64,000 nucleotides of DNA from a virus: the IMG/VR virus record IMGVR_UViG_3300023276_001086, positions 103,833 through 167,832 of that record; one strand, given 5' to 3'. Below the pieces are notes generated by a model. That model had not been told where the DNA came from. It worked only from the letters and a program-made list of their open reading frames with translations, and made no database searches. The position numbers were made by a program, and so were the translations under genes. Below, one piece after another: positions 56,704 to 64,000 of the stretch (positions within the stretch are counted from its first letter, which is position 1; each line of letters begins with the position of its first letter).

Positions 56704-56748
56704 CCAAGGCCCCGTTCGGGGAATCCTACCTTGGCTCTTTTCTTAGCT
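56701..56748 (+). terminator. repeated terminator, copy 2
   Basis: Identical to 56261..56309 except for a 1-nt indel. Confidence 0.85.
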
Positions 56749-56750
56749 GG

Positions 56751-58163
56751 TTATGCCCGAATGGGATCGGGGTGACCGGAGAGTGTCTGAAAGATGTCTT
56801 CCCTTGATCGTTTCTTGGCGGGTCCGCGCACACGCCCCACAGGGGACGTACCAGAGAACCGTTTGGCATAAGGTGCCTCTTTGAACCCGACCTTCTTTGC
56901 GGCACCCCGCACAACCTCCAACAACCCAGTCGCTTTCTGTCCAGCAAAACGTGGATGAAGGAGCTTAGAATCCCAGGCTTCTTTCTTGATGAGTGCTTTC
57001 TTCGCACGCCGTTTTTCAAGAAGGGCCATCTGCTCTTTGAGCTTAGATGGGTACTTGACCGCAGTGCCGATACCCATACCGGCACCCATGCCCAGCATTC
57101 CGCCAAGAACCCCACCGCCTAGAGCACCAACGGTACCGAGGTATCTCTCGCCCAAAGAGGCGCCACCAAGACCGCCAGCTATGGCCCCGCCCGTCGAAGC
57201 TATAAGGCCGCCACTACCCAAAGCCCTACCAAATGCCTGGTTCTTAGCGAAGTCCTCACTCTCTGTATCGAGGCGCTCACCTCGGGCCGGTTTGGCGAGA
57301 AATTCCGGAACCCGCTTACGGAGGGGCGCGGCCATAAACTCTGGAAGACCGCCACCCTGCTTCGGTATCCCAGGCGCCTTCCGTGCACGCCGTTTTTCGA
57401 GAAGAGCCATTTGCTCTCTGAGCTTGGCTGGGTACGCGGCCCCTGTTCCGACAGCGCCCCCGGCCAGAGCACCTAAAGCCGCACCACCAACAGCCCCCGG
57501 CACCATGGCCAGGGGATCATGTGCGGTACGACCCGCGATTTGGAAACCGGCTACTCCACCAGCAAGGGCACCTGCTGCGGCACCCGGAAGACCGCCACGC
57601 TCAATGCTTTGGGCACGGGCGTGGCTCTTAGCGAAGTCGTCGCTCTTGCTATCGAGACCCCTACCAGGCTGAAGAAGGTGTTTTGGCCAAGTCAGGTGCG
57701 ACAACGCGGTTGATGTACCCTGCTTCGGCATCCCACCAGCTGACACTGTAGGAGCAGGCGGGGCAGCTGGTGAGGAGACTGGGGTAATCCCCATAGCGGG
57801 GGTCCCCTTCGGCGCTGCCTGTGCGACGCTAGCGGGGTTCGTGATTGCCGGTGGAGGAGGAACCTGCATAGGCGTCGCTGCGCCGGGTCCGGCACCCAGC
57901 ATGGCGTTGGCGCGCTTGTCCAGCCGCACCAAAGCCGCCGCCTTTTTCACCCGATCTGCTGTCTTGCGGTACGACTTGCGTGGCATGGTGTACTTCTCCT
58001 TGGCAGCAGCTTTACCCTCAGGCGTGCCGTAGTTCTTTGGGGTCTTGCCCAGCTTGTGGGCCATTTGCGTAGCGATGGCGAAGGATTGGCTCACGGACAT
58101 GTTCGGGTTCTTGCCCCGAATATGCTGCGCCCTATCATGTATCCAGGCTGGCATTCGTCCCAA
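56751..58163 (-). CDS. polyprotein-like virion protein with two duplicated glycine-zipper modules
   Basis: Modules bounded by KKAA/DKRA, PKQG, PKQG, KKEA; repeat ...S.DFAK..A...GG..G-zipper...YP.KL.EQMALLEKRRA.KA x2. Confidence 0.8.
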   Translation of the reverse strand: MGRMPAWIHDRAQHIRGKNPNMSVSQSFAIATQMAHKLGKTPKNYGTPEGKAAAKEKYTMPRKSYRKTADRVKKAAALVRLDKRANAMLGAGPGAATPMQVPPPPAITNPASVAQAAPKGTPAMGITPVSSPAAPPAPTVSAGGMPKQGTSTALSHLTWPKHLLQPGRGLDSKSDDFAKSHARAQSIERGGLPGAAAGALAGGVAGFQIAGRTAHDPLAMVPGAVGGAALGALAGGAVGTGAAYPAKLREQMALLEKRRARKAPGIPKQGGGLPEFMAAPLRKRVPEFLAKPARGERLDTESEDFAKNQAFGRALGSGGLIASTGGAIAGGLGGASLGERYLGTVGALGGGVLGGMLGMGAGMGIGTAVKYPSKLKEQMALLEKRRAKKALIKKEAWDSKLLHPRFAGQKATGLLEVVRGAAKKVGFKEAPYAKRFSGTSPVGRVRGPAKKRSREDIFQTLSGHPDPIRA

Positions 58164-58527
58164 CCTTCTTGGCGTCGATGGCCATTAGGGCCTTGTGGAT
58201 TTTCTCGTGAGAGGGCGGCATGATCACAGCAATCTTCTCGATGGTTATGCACCAGCTGTAGAGCTCAGGGATGAACTCAACAGTGAGCTGGTTCTCCCGT
58301 CCCTTGAGACCGAAGGACTCAACCATTGCTTCCCAGATGAGCTGCGCGTCCTCATAGGTCCAGTAGGTGCCGTCATCCTTGCGGTAGAGGTGGATGATCA
58401 GGTTGGGTGGGCGGACGACGTATTCAGCCCCGAAAGTACTGAGCTCGATTGGTGTCAACTCCACCGCCTCTGGCGCGGGTATTGTGGCGTCGGTATTGAA
58501 GATTTTCGGGGGTCGCGCTGCCACCAT
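58135..58527 (-). CDS. hypothetical protein (start re-called at ATG 58527)
   Basis: TGATG-coupled to 58527..59393. Confidence 0.6.
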   Translation of the reverse strand: MVAARPPKIFNTDATIPAPEAVELTPIELSTFGAEYVVRPPNLIIHLYRKDDGTYWTYEDAQLIWEAMVESFGLKGRENQLTVEFIPELYSWCITIEKIAVIMPPSHEKIHKALMAIDAKKVGTNASLDT

Positions 58528-59393
58528 CAGTAGTCCATCCCGTCTTCCCCATCCTCGGCGTTCTCCGCTGGGGAGTAGTTGCCCCCCGTCAACTCTTTGA
58601 TTGACGGTGTATTGCTTTCTTCGTGCCGTAACCTGAACGAGTTGAACGACTCTACCACGTCCTGCACAGCGCTCCCGCTGGCATCCACGGCTTCCTGACA
58701 CATCTTGGCGGCCCGGATGTAGTTGAGCCACATCTCCGAGTGGTGCCTGCTAGGCTCGAGCATGGCAATCTGCTGGATCATCATGAACGAAATATTACGA
58801 GCGTCGGTGAACCCGCGGTTCGCCTCCATCTGACGGAGCCCGCCCATCCCCATTTTCCAGAGGAGGAGCTGAGCACCATTCGCACCACGGGAGTCGACAG
58901 CGAGTTGGAGGAGCTGCCGGTTGGCCGCATCCCGAGTCTGGATGAAGTCGCCCCACTCGAGTCCCGTTAGGAGATCGCTGTTCCAGAAGTAGTGCCTGTA
59001 CAGGTCGTAGGCCCTGACCGAGATGTAGGATTCTAGCTTTTGCTGAATCTTCCGCACAGCCTGTTCGGGCTTGACGGGCGATAGGATGAAGGTCTCGACA
59101 GCCTGCCGCAGCGCGTTCGATTCCAGCACCTGCTTGGCCTGTCGCATATCCGGACCGTCACGCCAGGCATCGTAAACTCCCTCTTTGCGCAGAAAACGCT
59201 GACTGGCACCATGTGTCGGAACATGTGGGCGGTACGGTATCGGGTAAACCATCTCATCGTTGATGGCCTCAATCTCTTCGACGGATAGTCCGCCAAGATC
59301 GTTGACCTGTAGCAAGCCCTGAATCTGCTCTGGAGAGTGCGTCCGTCGCGATAGGTAGAACTTGGCCCAGTATGTAGCTGGGTGTGGTCTCAC
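58527..59393 (-). CDS. conserved-looking hypothetical protein (candidate terminase small subunit, unproven)
   Basis: Helical 288 aa, upstream of terL on the same strand. Confidence 0.45.
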   Translation of the reverse strand: MRPHPATYWAKFYLSRRTHSPEQIQGLLQVNDLGGLSVEEIEAINDEMVYPIPYRPHVPTHGASQRFLRKEGVYDAWRDGPDMRQAKQVLESNALRQAVETFILSPVKPEQAVRKIQQKLESYISVRAYDLYRHYFWNSDLLTGLEWGDFIQTRDAANRQLLQLAVDSRGANGAQLLLWKMGMGGLRQMEANRGFTDARNISFMMIQQIAMLEPSRHHSEMWLNYIRAAKMCQEAVDASGSAVQDVVESFNSFRLRHEESNTPSIKELTGGNYSPAENAEDGEDGMDY

Positions 59394-59399
59394 GTTTGC

Positions 59400-61424
59400 C
59401 TACGCCTCGGGTCCCTGTTGCCGGAAGACGAGCTTCTTCAGCCCAATGATGACCTCATCGAGCCGCTCCATGGCACTCTTCACAGAGTCTTCGGGCACAT
59501 CCTCCAACCCGAGACGGGTGGCCATAAGTAGGCCGGCCAAACGACTAAGCGCGTCCTCGAGGTCGGGGAGCCAGCCCACAAAGGTCCCCACGTTCTCTGG
59601 GTTGATGAAACCGAGAGCGAGAACCTTGTCCACGGTGGTCACGTCATCAAGAGCCGCAGCCTCTTTGAGCAGAGGACTGATGCGGGGCAGCTCTGCCCAC
59701 ATACCCCTTGCCTCTTCTCGGGCCTCTGCCACCTTCTCCGCATAGGTTCCGATGGGGCGGCAACCTTCGACTACCACCGAACCGACTTGTGCAGCCTTGA
59801 CGAGTGTGTTGACAGCGAACTCGGGTTCCAAACCCAGCACGGCAGCCATGAAAGTCGCGTCACCACCATGAAGGCTCTCTCGCCACTCATGAGCTACCTT
59901 CTCCAACGGACGGCCACGGAACGACCAAGTGTTTCCGTCAGAGACGATCTGAACAATGGAACCTGCTTGACGGGCTGACGCCTTCTTGACGAACTCCTTG
60001 GCGTCCTCAATGAGAGGGGTGACGGTCTTACCCAACGGGGCCCAACGAACATCTTCCGGCAGCATGGCTTCGCTGTCACCGAGCTTCACTGGGGCTTTGA
60101 GCTTGCTGTCGAACCTAATCGTGACAGGCTCGCCCATCATCGTTTCGCAGAGATAGCCCACTCCCTTTTCATCGCGAATGGTGGAGTTGATCTCCGTGGG
60201 TTGGAAGGCCATCACTCCCCCAGTCGTGGTGACCCGGTAGAAGAAGCCGTAACCCTCAGGCTTGGCCTTGATGATATTGGTGTCGCGGCCCGCAAAGCTA
60301 CCAACAATTTGTGCCTGAACAGCCGAGGCCGAACCGTTGGTGAACAATGCGAAAGGAAGGGTCACCCCATCGTAGTCCAGTACGTTAGGGAACACCCAGC
60401 CCATGACCTCTTTGCCATCCTTGGTCTTGACCCGGTACTGGCCGAAACGTTCAATCGGCCCAATCTCCTCATCTTCAAGAGCTGCGTGGACCACAGGATT
60501 GGAACTGATAGTGGCCGCGCCGGTCTTGTCGGCAATGGTGACGGTATCCTCACCTGCCATATCAACAGCCGTGTTCCTATCGATATCGTCGACAGTGGGT
60601 TCGAACATCTCACCGTTGGCCATCTTCAGCCGATAAAACTCCCCATGCCGCTCAACCTGGAGAACCGTTGGTGGGATGCTAGCCGAAGCCACCTTCTCCA
60701 CATCGGCAGATGTCATTGGCTCGACTTCCCCCAAGAACTGCAAGAAGGGCAACGCCGCCTCGTTATGTACCAACGCTCGAGTGAGGTGCGCGTCCTTCTC
60801 CAACATCTGCTGCATGCGCAGGAGGTCACCTGCATTGATGGTGTGGGCGATGTGCTCGAGCAAGAACTCGGGCTTGAGCGAGCTCAACTTGGTCTGGGCA
60901 GCATCGACTACCTGGCCGCCCGACATGGCGTGTTGCCGACTGGTCGGTGGGTAGAGCTGACCACCCATCCCGGTATCACCAGACGACGTCCGAGCCGCAT
61001 CGAATACTTGCGGACGGAAGAGTGCCGCACGAAGCCGCTCGTCACTCAGGCGGGAAGGGTTGCCCTTGGCGTCGATGAAAACGTCAAAGGGTTGAAGCTT
61101 GCTGCTCTTGATGATGATCGGTATGCGGAGAAAGCGGACACCCTGAGCGGCCATCTGGGCCTTGGTTCCAGGACCCTGAAGTGTCGTGGCCGACTTGTTG
61201 TGTACCTGGAAGTACCCCGTACCGTAGCCGGCCTCCCCGTCTACCTTCTGCATGACGGGGTTCGTCTCGTAGGTCCCGACGTAGGGGTGCTGCTCCATTA
61301 GAGCCTTGAGCGCTTCCCGCGGCCAAGTGTCCGCCGTTTCAGACAAACGAGTCTCAGATGCCAGCTTCTCAACTACAGGCGGGGTTGTATCCAGGTAGAG
61401 ATCGGGGGTCATGAAATCCTCCAA
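59400..61424 (-). CDS. large virion-module protein with K-x-A sites
   Basis: EKLAS, TKLSS, EKVAS, KKAS, EKVA x2, LKEAA. Confidence 0.7.
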   Translation of the reverse strand: MEDFMTPDLYLDTTPPVVEKLASETRLSETADTWPREALKALMEQHPYVGTYETNPVMQKVDGEAGYGTGYFQVHNKSATTLQGPGTKAQMAAQGVRFLRIPIIIKSSKLQPFDVFIDAKGNPSRLSDERLRAALFRPQVFDAARTSSGDTGMGGQLYPPTSRQHAMSGGQVVDAAQTKLSSLKPEFLLEHIAHTINAGDLLRMQQMLEKDAHLTRALVHNEAALPFLQFLGEVEPMTSADVEKVASASIPPTVLQVERHGEFYRLKMANGEMFEPTVDDIDRNTAVDMAGEDTVTIADKTGAATISSNPVVHAALEDEEIGPIERFGQYRVKTKDGKEVMGWVFPNVLDYDGVTLPFALFTNGSASAVQAQIVGSFAGRDTNIIKAKPEGYGFFYRVTTTGGVMAFQPTEINSTIRDEKGVGYLCETMMGEPVTIRFDSKLKAPVKLGDSEAMLPEDVRWAPLGKTVTPLIEDAKEFVKKASARQAGSIVQIVSDGNTWSFRGRPLEKVAHEWRESLHGGDATFMAAVLGLEPEFAVNTLVKAAQVGSVVVEGCRPIGTYAEKVAEAREEARGMWAELPRISPLLKEAAALDDVTTVDKVLALGFINPENVGTFVGWLPDLEDALSRLAGLLMATRLGLEDVPEDSVKSAMERLDEVIIGLKKLVFRQQGPEA

Positions 61425-61705
61425 GTACCGGCCGGCGTTCCAGCCGAGCCACTGTCGCCGACTTCGGCATTCGCCGTAATGTGTTGTACCACTGCCTGAG
61501 CAATGGCACGAGCCAACGGAACCACTATGGTCCGGTCGAACGGCGGCGTGCCGCGCTCAAACTCTATCGTCGATTCAAGCGTACCATCCTCTTTCGGTGT
61601 CTGGACAATCTCTGCCCCAATCACCTCATCGGTATTGATCGCGTTGTGTTCTCGTTCCAGGATATCGATAATGCTGATCTCGAGCTCGCCCGCATTCATC
61701 GCCAT
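61409..61705 (-). CDS. small baseplate-associated protein
   Basis: Directly after the spike gene; LARAIAQAVVQHITANAEV. Confidence 0.5.
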   Translation of the reverse strand: MAMNAGELEISIIDILEREHNAINTDEVIGAEIVQTPKEDGTLESTIEFERGTPPFDRTIVVPLARAIAQAVVQHITANAEVGDSGSAGTPAGTWRIS

Positions 61706-61707
61706 AG

Positions 61708-62859
61708 CTACTCCCCCAAAGACTTGGTGGTCTGCCCAGACGGTGCGACCACGTTCGGTTTAGGGATGCCGGTAACGCCAGCAGAAGTGGTGTGGGTGTG
61801 CGCCGCCATGAACAGCATGACGTCCGGCGTAGCTAGCACGAAGGGGGTGCTCGCACTGCCACCAATCTTAGTCATGGGACTGTCGATCACCTTCTGCCCG
61901 CTGATGGTGTCTTTGCTGTTGTTGGCTGTGAGCTCGTGATTGCCCTCAACGGACACGGTCTGGTTACCGCTGATGGTCGTCTCAGTCGCCCCATACTGCT
62001 GAGTGACCGTCCCGTCTACCGTGTCCTCGAGGGTGCCCTCGATGTGCCGAGTGTAGTCACCCTTCACCGTAACATCGACATCGCCATCAGCATTGACCGC
62101 GAAATCGTAGACCGCTGACCCGTCATCCAGAGTACGGGCCGTCGAATCGATAGAGTTGGGTGCCACCACGCAACGTAGCCTAGTCTCGTCGTCCACGTGA
62201 CCGGCCGTGATCATTACAGTGTTCTTCTCCTCTTGGGCGTGGTCTCGCGCAGCCAGTGTGAAGACGGTCTTGGCCTCGCTGTCGGGATCCGTGTCGCTCT
62301 TTGTGGTAGTCCAGAGCATCTCCCCACCGAAGTTGAGCATCTGGTAGTTCTCGCAGACGTCACGGATCATGTTGGTGATGGGGATGTAGACTCGCTTAGC
62401 GACAGCAGTGGCTTCGATTTCAATGACCCCGCCTCGGTGCAACCAGATCTGGTTACCGTCCCGACACCGCATCATCAGATCACCCTGCTGGAGCTTGGGG
62501 CGTCCGGAGGCGAAAGTTACGTCAGCTTCCTCCCCGTCCCCGGTGTCGGGTTGTGTCGTCCCGTCTCCGGTAGCACCGCGCTCAAAGGTAGTGGTGAAGC
62601 AGAGAACAAAAGGCCTGTCGTCGGTGGGTGTGCAGACCTGTACCTTGGCGGCCACCTCCGGCATGACAAAGATGCCCTCACCGGAATGGAAGTGAAGGTA
62701 CGGAGCACCAACCTGAACATCAAGCAAGAGACGGTGAGAGCTGACTGTACGAACGTCGATGGTCCAGTGTGCCATATCGACATTGATGATCTGCCCACAC
62801 TCAATGCGGACGGGGTTACCACCCCGCTGAGCCATCCCAGTATCTTGCGAGTAGGACAT
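61708..62859 (-). CDS. baseplate central spike/puncturing protein (gpV/Gp138/VgrG-like)
   Basis: N-terminal OB-fold (GIFVMPE..AKV.V), beta-helix repeats (V.G....I.G....V.G), C-terminal metal-binding HTH motif AAHTH. Confidence 0.8.
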   Translation of the reverse strand: MSYSQDTGMAQRGGNPVRIECGQIINVDMAHWTIDVRTVSSHRLLLDVQVGAPYLHFHSGEGIFVMPEVAAKVQVCTPTDDRPFVLCFTTTFERGATGDGTTQPDTGDGEEADVTFASGRPKLQQGDLMMRCRDGNQIWLHRGGVIEIEATAVAKRVYIPITNMIRDVCENYQMLNFGGEMLWTTTKSDTDPDSEAKTVFTLAARDHAQEEKNTVMITAGHVDDETRLRCVVAPNSIDSTARTLDDGSAVYDFAVNADGDVDVTVKGDYTRHIEGTLEDTVDGTVTQQYGATETTISGNQTVSVEGNHELTANNSKDTISGQKVIDSPMTKIGGSASTPFVLATPDVMLFMAAHTHTTSAGVTGIPKPNVVAPSGQTTKSLGE

Positions 62860-63279
62860 CTAGTTCGGGGCGGCCGAAGAGCGACCGGCCAGGTAACCCG
62901 CACCGCCGAGAGCACCCACTCCGAGAGCTGCCGCGCCCACAGCCTTACCGGTGTTGCTCCTCGCCACTCCGCGCAGACCACCGGAAACGTGATCCCAAGT
63001 ACCCATGTCCCCAACGCCCTTGCCCAGGCTCTTCGCACCGGACTGAACCGGGCCCTGGATCGGGGTCAGCGCACCCACGCGTTTGGCCTGTGCGCGGACA
63101 CCGCCCTGCCACGCCTTGCCTAGCCGGCCGAGAACTCCTCCCCCAGCTTTGGAGCCAGTGAGCATCATCTTGGTTCCCTTGGCTGCGCCACCGAGGAACG
63201 CTACCTTTGTCAATATCCTTCGTTTTTCGATTTCCCCAAGTTCGTCGAAGAACGCAGAGTAGGTCGTTTCCTCGATCAT
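62860..63279 (-). CDS. leader-bearing (YSAFFDELGEIEK..TKVA) basic Gly-rich protein with a C-terminal hydrophobic segment
   Basis: Leader variant; GKAVGAAALGVGALGGAGYLAG. Confidence 0.75.
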   Translation of the reverse strand: MIEETTYSAFFDELGEIEKRRILTKVAFLGGAAKGTKMMLTGSKAGGGVLGRLGKAWQGGVRAQAKRVGALTPIQGPVQSGAKSLGKGVGDMGTWDHVSGGLRGVARSNTGKAVGAAALGVGALGGAGYLAGRSSAAPN

Positions 63280-63280
63280 C

Positions 63281-64000
63281 TCAGTACCTCCACGGTTTTT
63301 CTTTAGTACCCTTACCGAATTCTACACCATGCACCAGAGGCGGTATCGGGTTCAACCCATGAAGATCCGAGGACCAGCCACGCTGCGATGCCTCTATGAC
63401 CGTACTCCGGAGGTGCTCGTGATTCAACCGGGCCATCCAGTCCTCCTGCACATCAAGGGGTATCTGCTTGACGCCCCTAAGCACGGGAGAATGTTTCACA
63501 GGAGCGCCCTTTTTGTTCTTCTTGTTCCAATCGTAGACTTGCGTAGTGCTGGTAAAATCTCCCGGTAGGAGATCTGAGTTACCGCCGGGGTCCTCAACCT
63601 TGGTCACGCCAGAAAGCGCACGCACCATGACCTCGGAGTTACGTCGACGAACACCGTACTGCCCGTAGATGCCGTGGAGCTCACCGGCGAGGTGGCCTTG
63701 GGTCTTGCTTATGCCAACCAGCGGCAGCAGATCATGGGGATTGACTGGTCCTTTGGTGAGTGGGGCGCCCTTACGCACAGACTGACCAACGCGAACCCCA
63801 GACAGGCGAACTCGATCAGCGGGGATATAATCCTCAGTGTCGCCAATCTTCACCCTAAAGCCGCCAGCTGGATCCTTTTTGACACGCTTGATCTTCCCGC
63901 TCGAGGTGGCGAGGGTCGCTGATCCCTTGACCTTCTTCTTGAGATAGAGGAGTTCGGTGGCTTGATTGAGACCACCAGATGTCAACGACTTTTCGCCCTT
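63281..64000 (-). CDS. rpoC: phage-encoded multisubunit RNA polymerase beta' subunit, C-terminal part (5' end outside the window)
   Basis: TSGGL...ELL, PLTKGPVNPHDLL, RRNSEVMVRAL...VEDPG, PVLRGV...DWMARLNHEH..VIEA...G..DLHG align with the RpoC C-terminus; frame open to position 64000. Confidence 0.85.
   Translation of the reverse strand, partial: KGEKSLTSGGLNQATELLYLKKKVKGSATLATSSGKIKRVKKDPAGGFRVKIGDTEDYIPADRVRLSGVRVGQSVRKGAPLTKGPVNPHDLLPLVGISKTQGHLAGELHGIYGQYGVRRRNSEVMVRALSGVTKVEDPGGNSDLLPGDFTSTTQVYDWNKKNKKGAPVKHSPVLRGVKQIPLDVQEDWMARLNHEHLRSTVIEASQRGWSSDLHGLNPIPPLVHGVEFGKGTKEKPWRY

Noticed and set aside
1-64000. Many long plus-strand ORFs opposite the real genes (e.g. 31796..32845, 42848..43771, 53119..54246, 60201..61301)
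   Set aside because: They are antisense shadows of GC-biased minus-strand genes, with no RBS or recognisable motifs.
1-64000. Apparent abundance of CTCGAG/TCGA/GAGCTC
   Set aside because: Plausibly explained by preferred CTC (Leu) and GAG (Glu) codon pairs; enrichment cannot be shown without a codon-aware count.
1-64000. CRISPR array, tRNA/rRNA genes, integrase/transposase, reverse transcriptase (DGR)
   Set aside because: No regularly spaced repeat-spacer array, cloverleaf, or recombinase/RT motifs were recognised by eye; a tRNA scan would still be worthwhile.
28561-64000. Interpretation as an extracellular contractile injection system or tailocin
   Set aside because: Major capsid protein, prohead protease and terminase are present, so this is a DNA-packaging phage.
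1-64000. Alternative genetic code or stop-codon reassignment
   Set aside because: Long genes (sheath, terL, protease) are intact in the standard code, and TAG, TGA and TAA all end genes.

Overview
This window is part of a large, high-GC myovirus-type (contractile-tail, probably jumbo) bacteriophage genome, read almost entirely on the minus strand. About 1-26.9 kb is a dense early/accessory region of small ORFs. It includes a DnaQ-like exonuclease, two sigma70-region-4 proteins, an RNAP alpha-CTD-like protein, a MerR HTH, a minimal type IV prepilin, a lysozyme-like protein, a LAGLIDADG-like protein, MazG-like NTP pyrophosphohydrolases and many CxxC proteins. About 28.5-64 kb is the virion module: tail tube, sheath, neck/head-completion proteins, major capsid protein, scaffold-like proteins, prohead protease, terminase large subunit, baseplate spike, and the C-terminus of a phage-encoded RNA polymerase beta' subunit. 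Three unexplained patterns stand out. (1) A family of about 15 virion-module proteins carries recurrent K-x-(A/S/G) putative maturation sites. Several start with a shared 'AF.DEL.KIA' leader followed by variable glycine-zipper cargo, and similar cargo sits inside the protease and scaffold-like proteins. This suggests a capsid cargo-targeting and polyprotein-processing system. (2) A repeated cassette grammar, (G/C)AAAA-N17/18-ATAAG promoter + 5' stem-loop + ORF(s) + hairpin-TTAGCT terminator, has 8 promoter copies, including one empty cassette. (3) A 45-bp segment is shared in inverted orientation by two different genes. All functional calls come from motif recognition by eye; no database searches were run.
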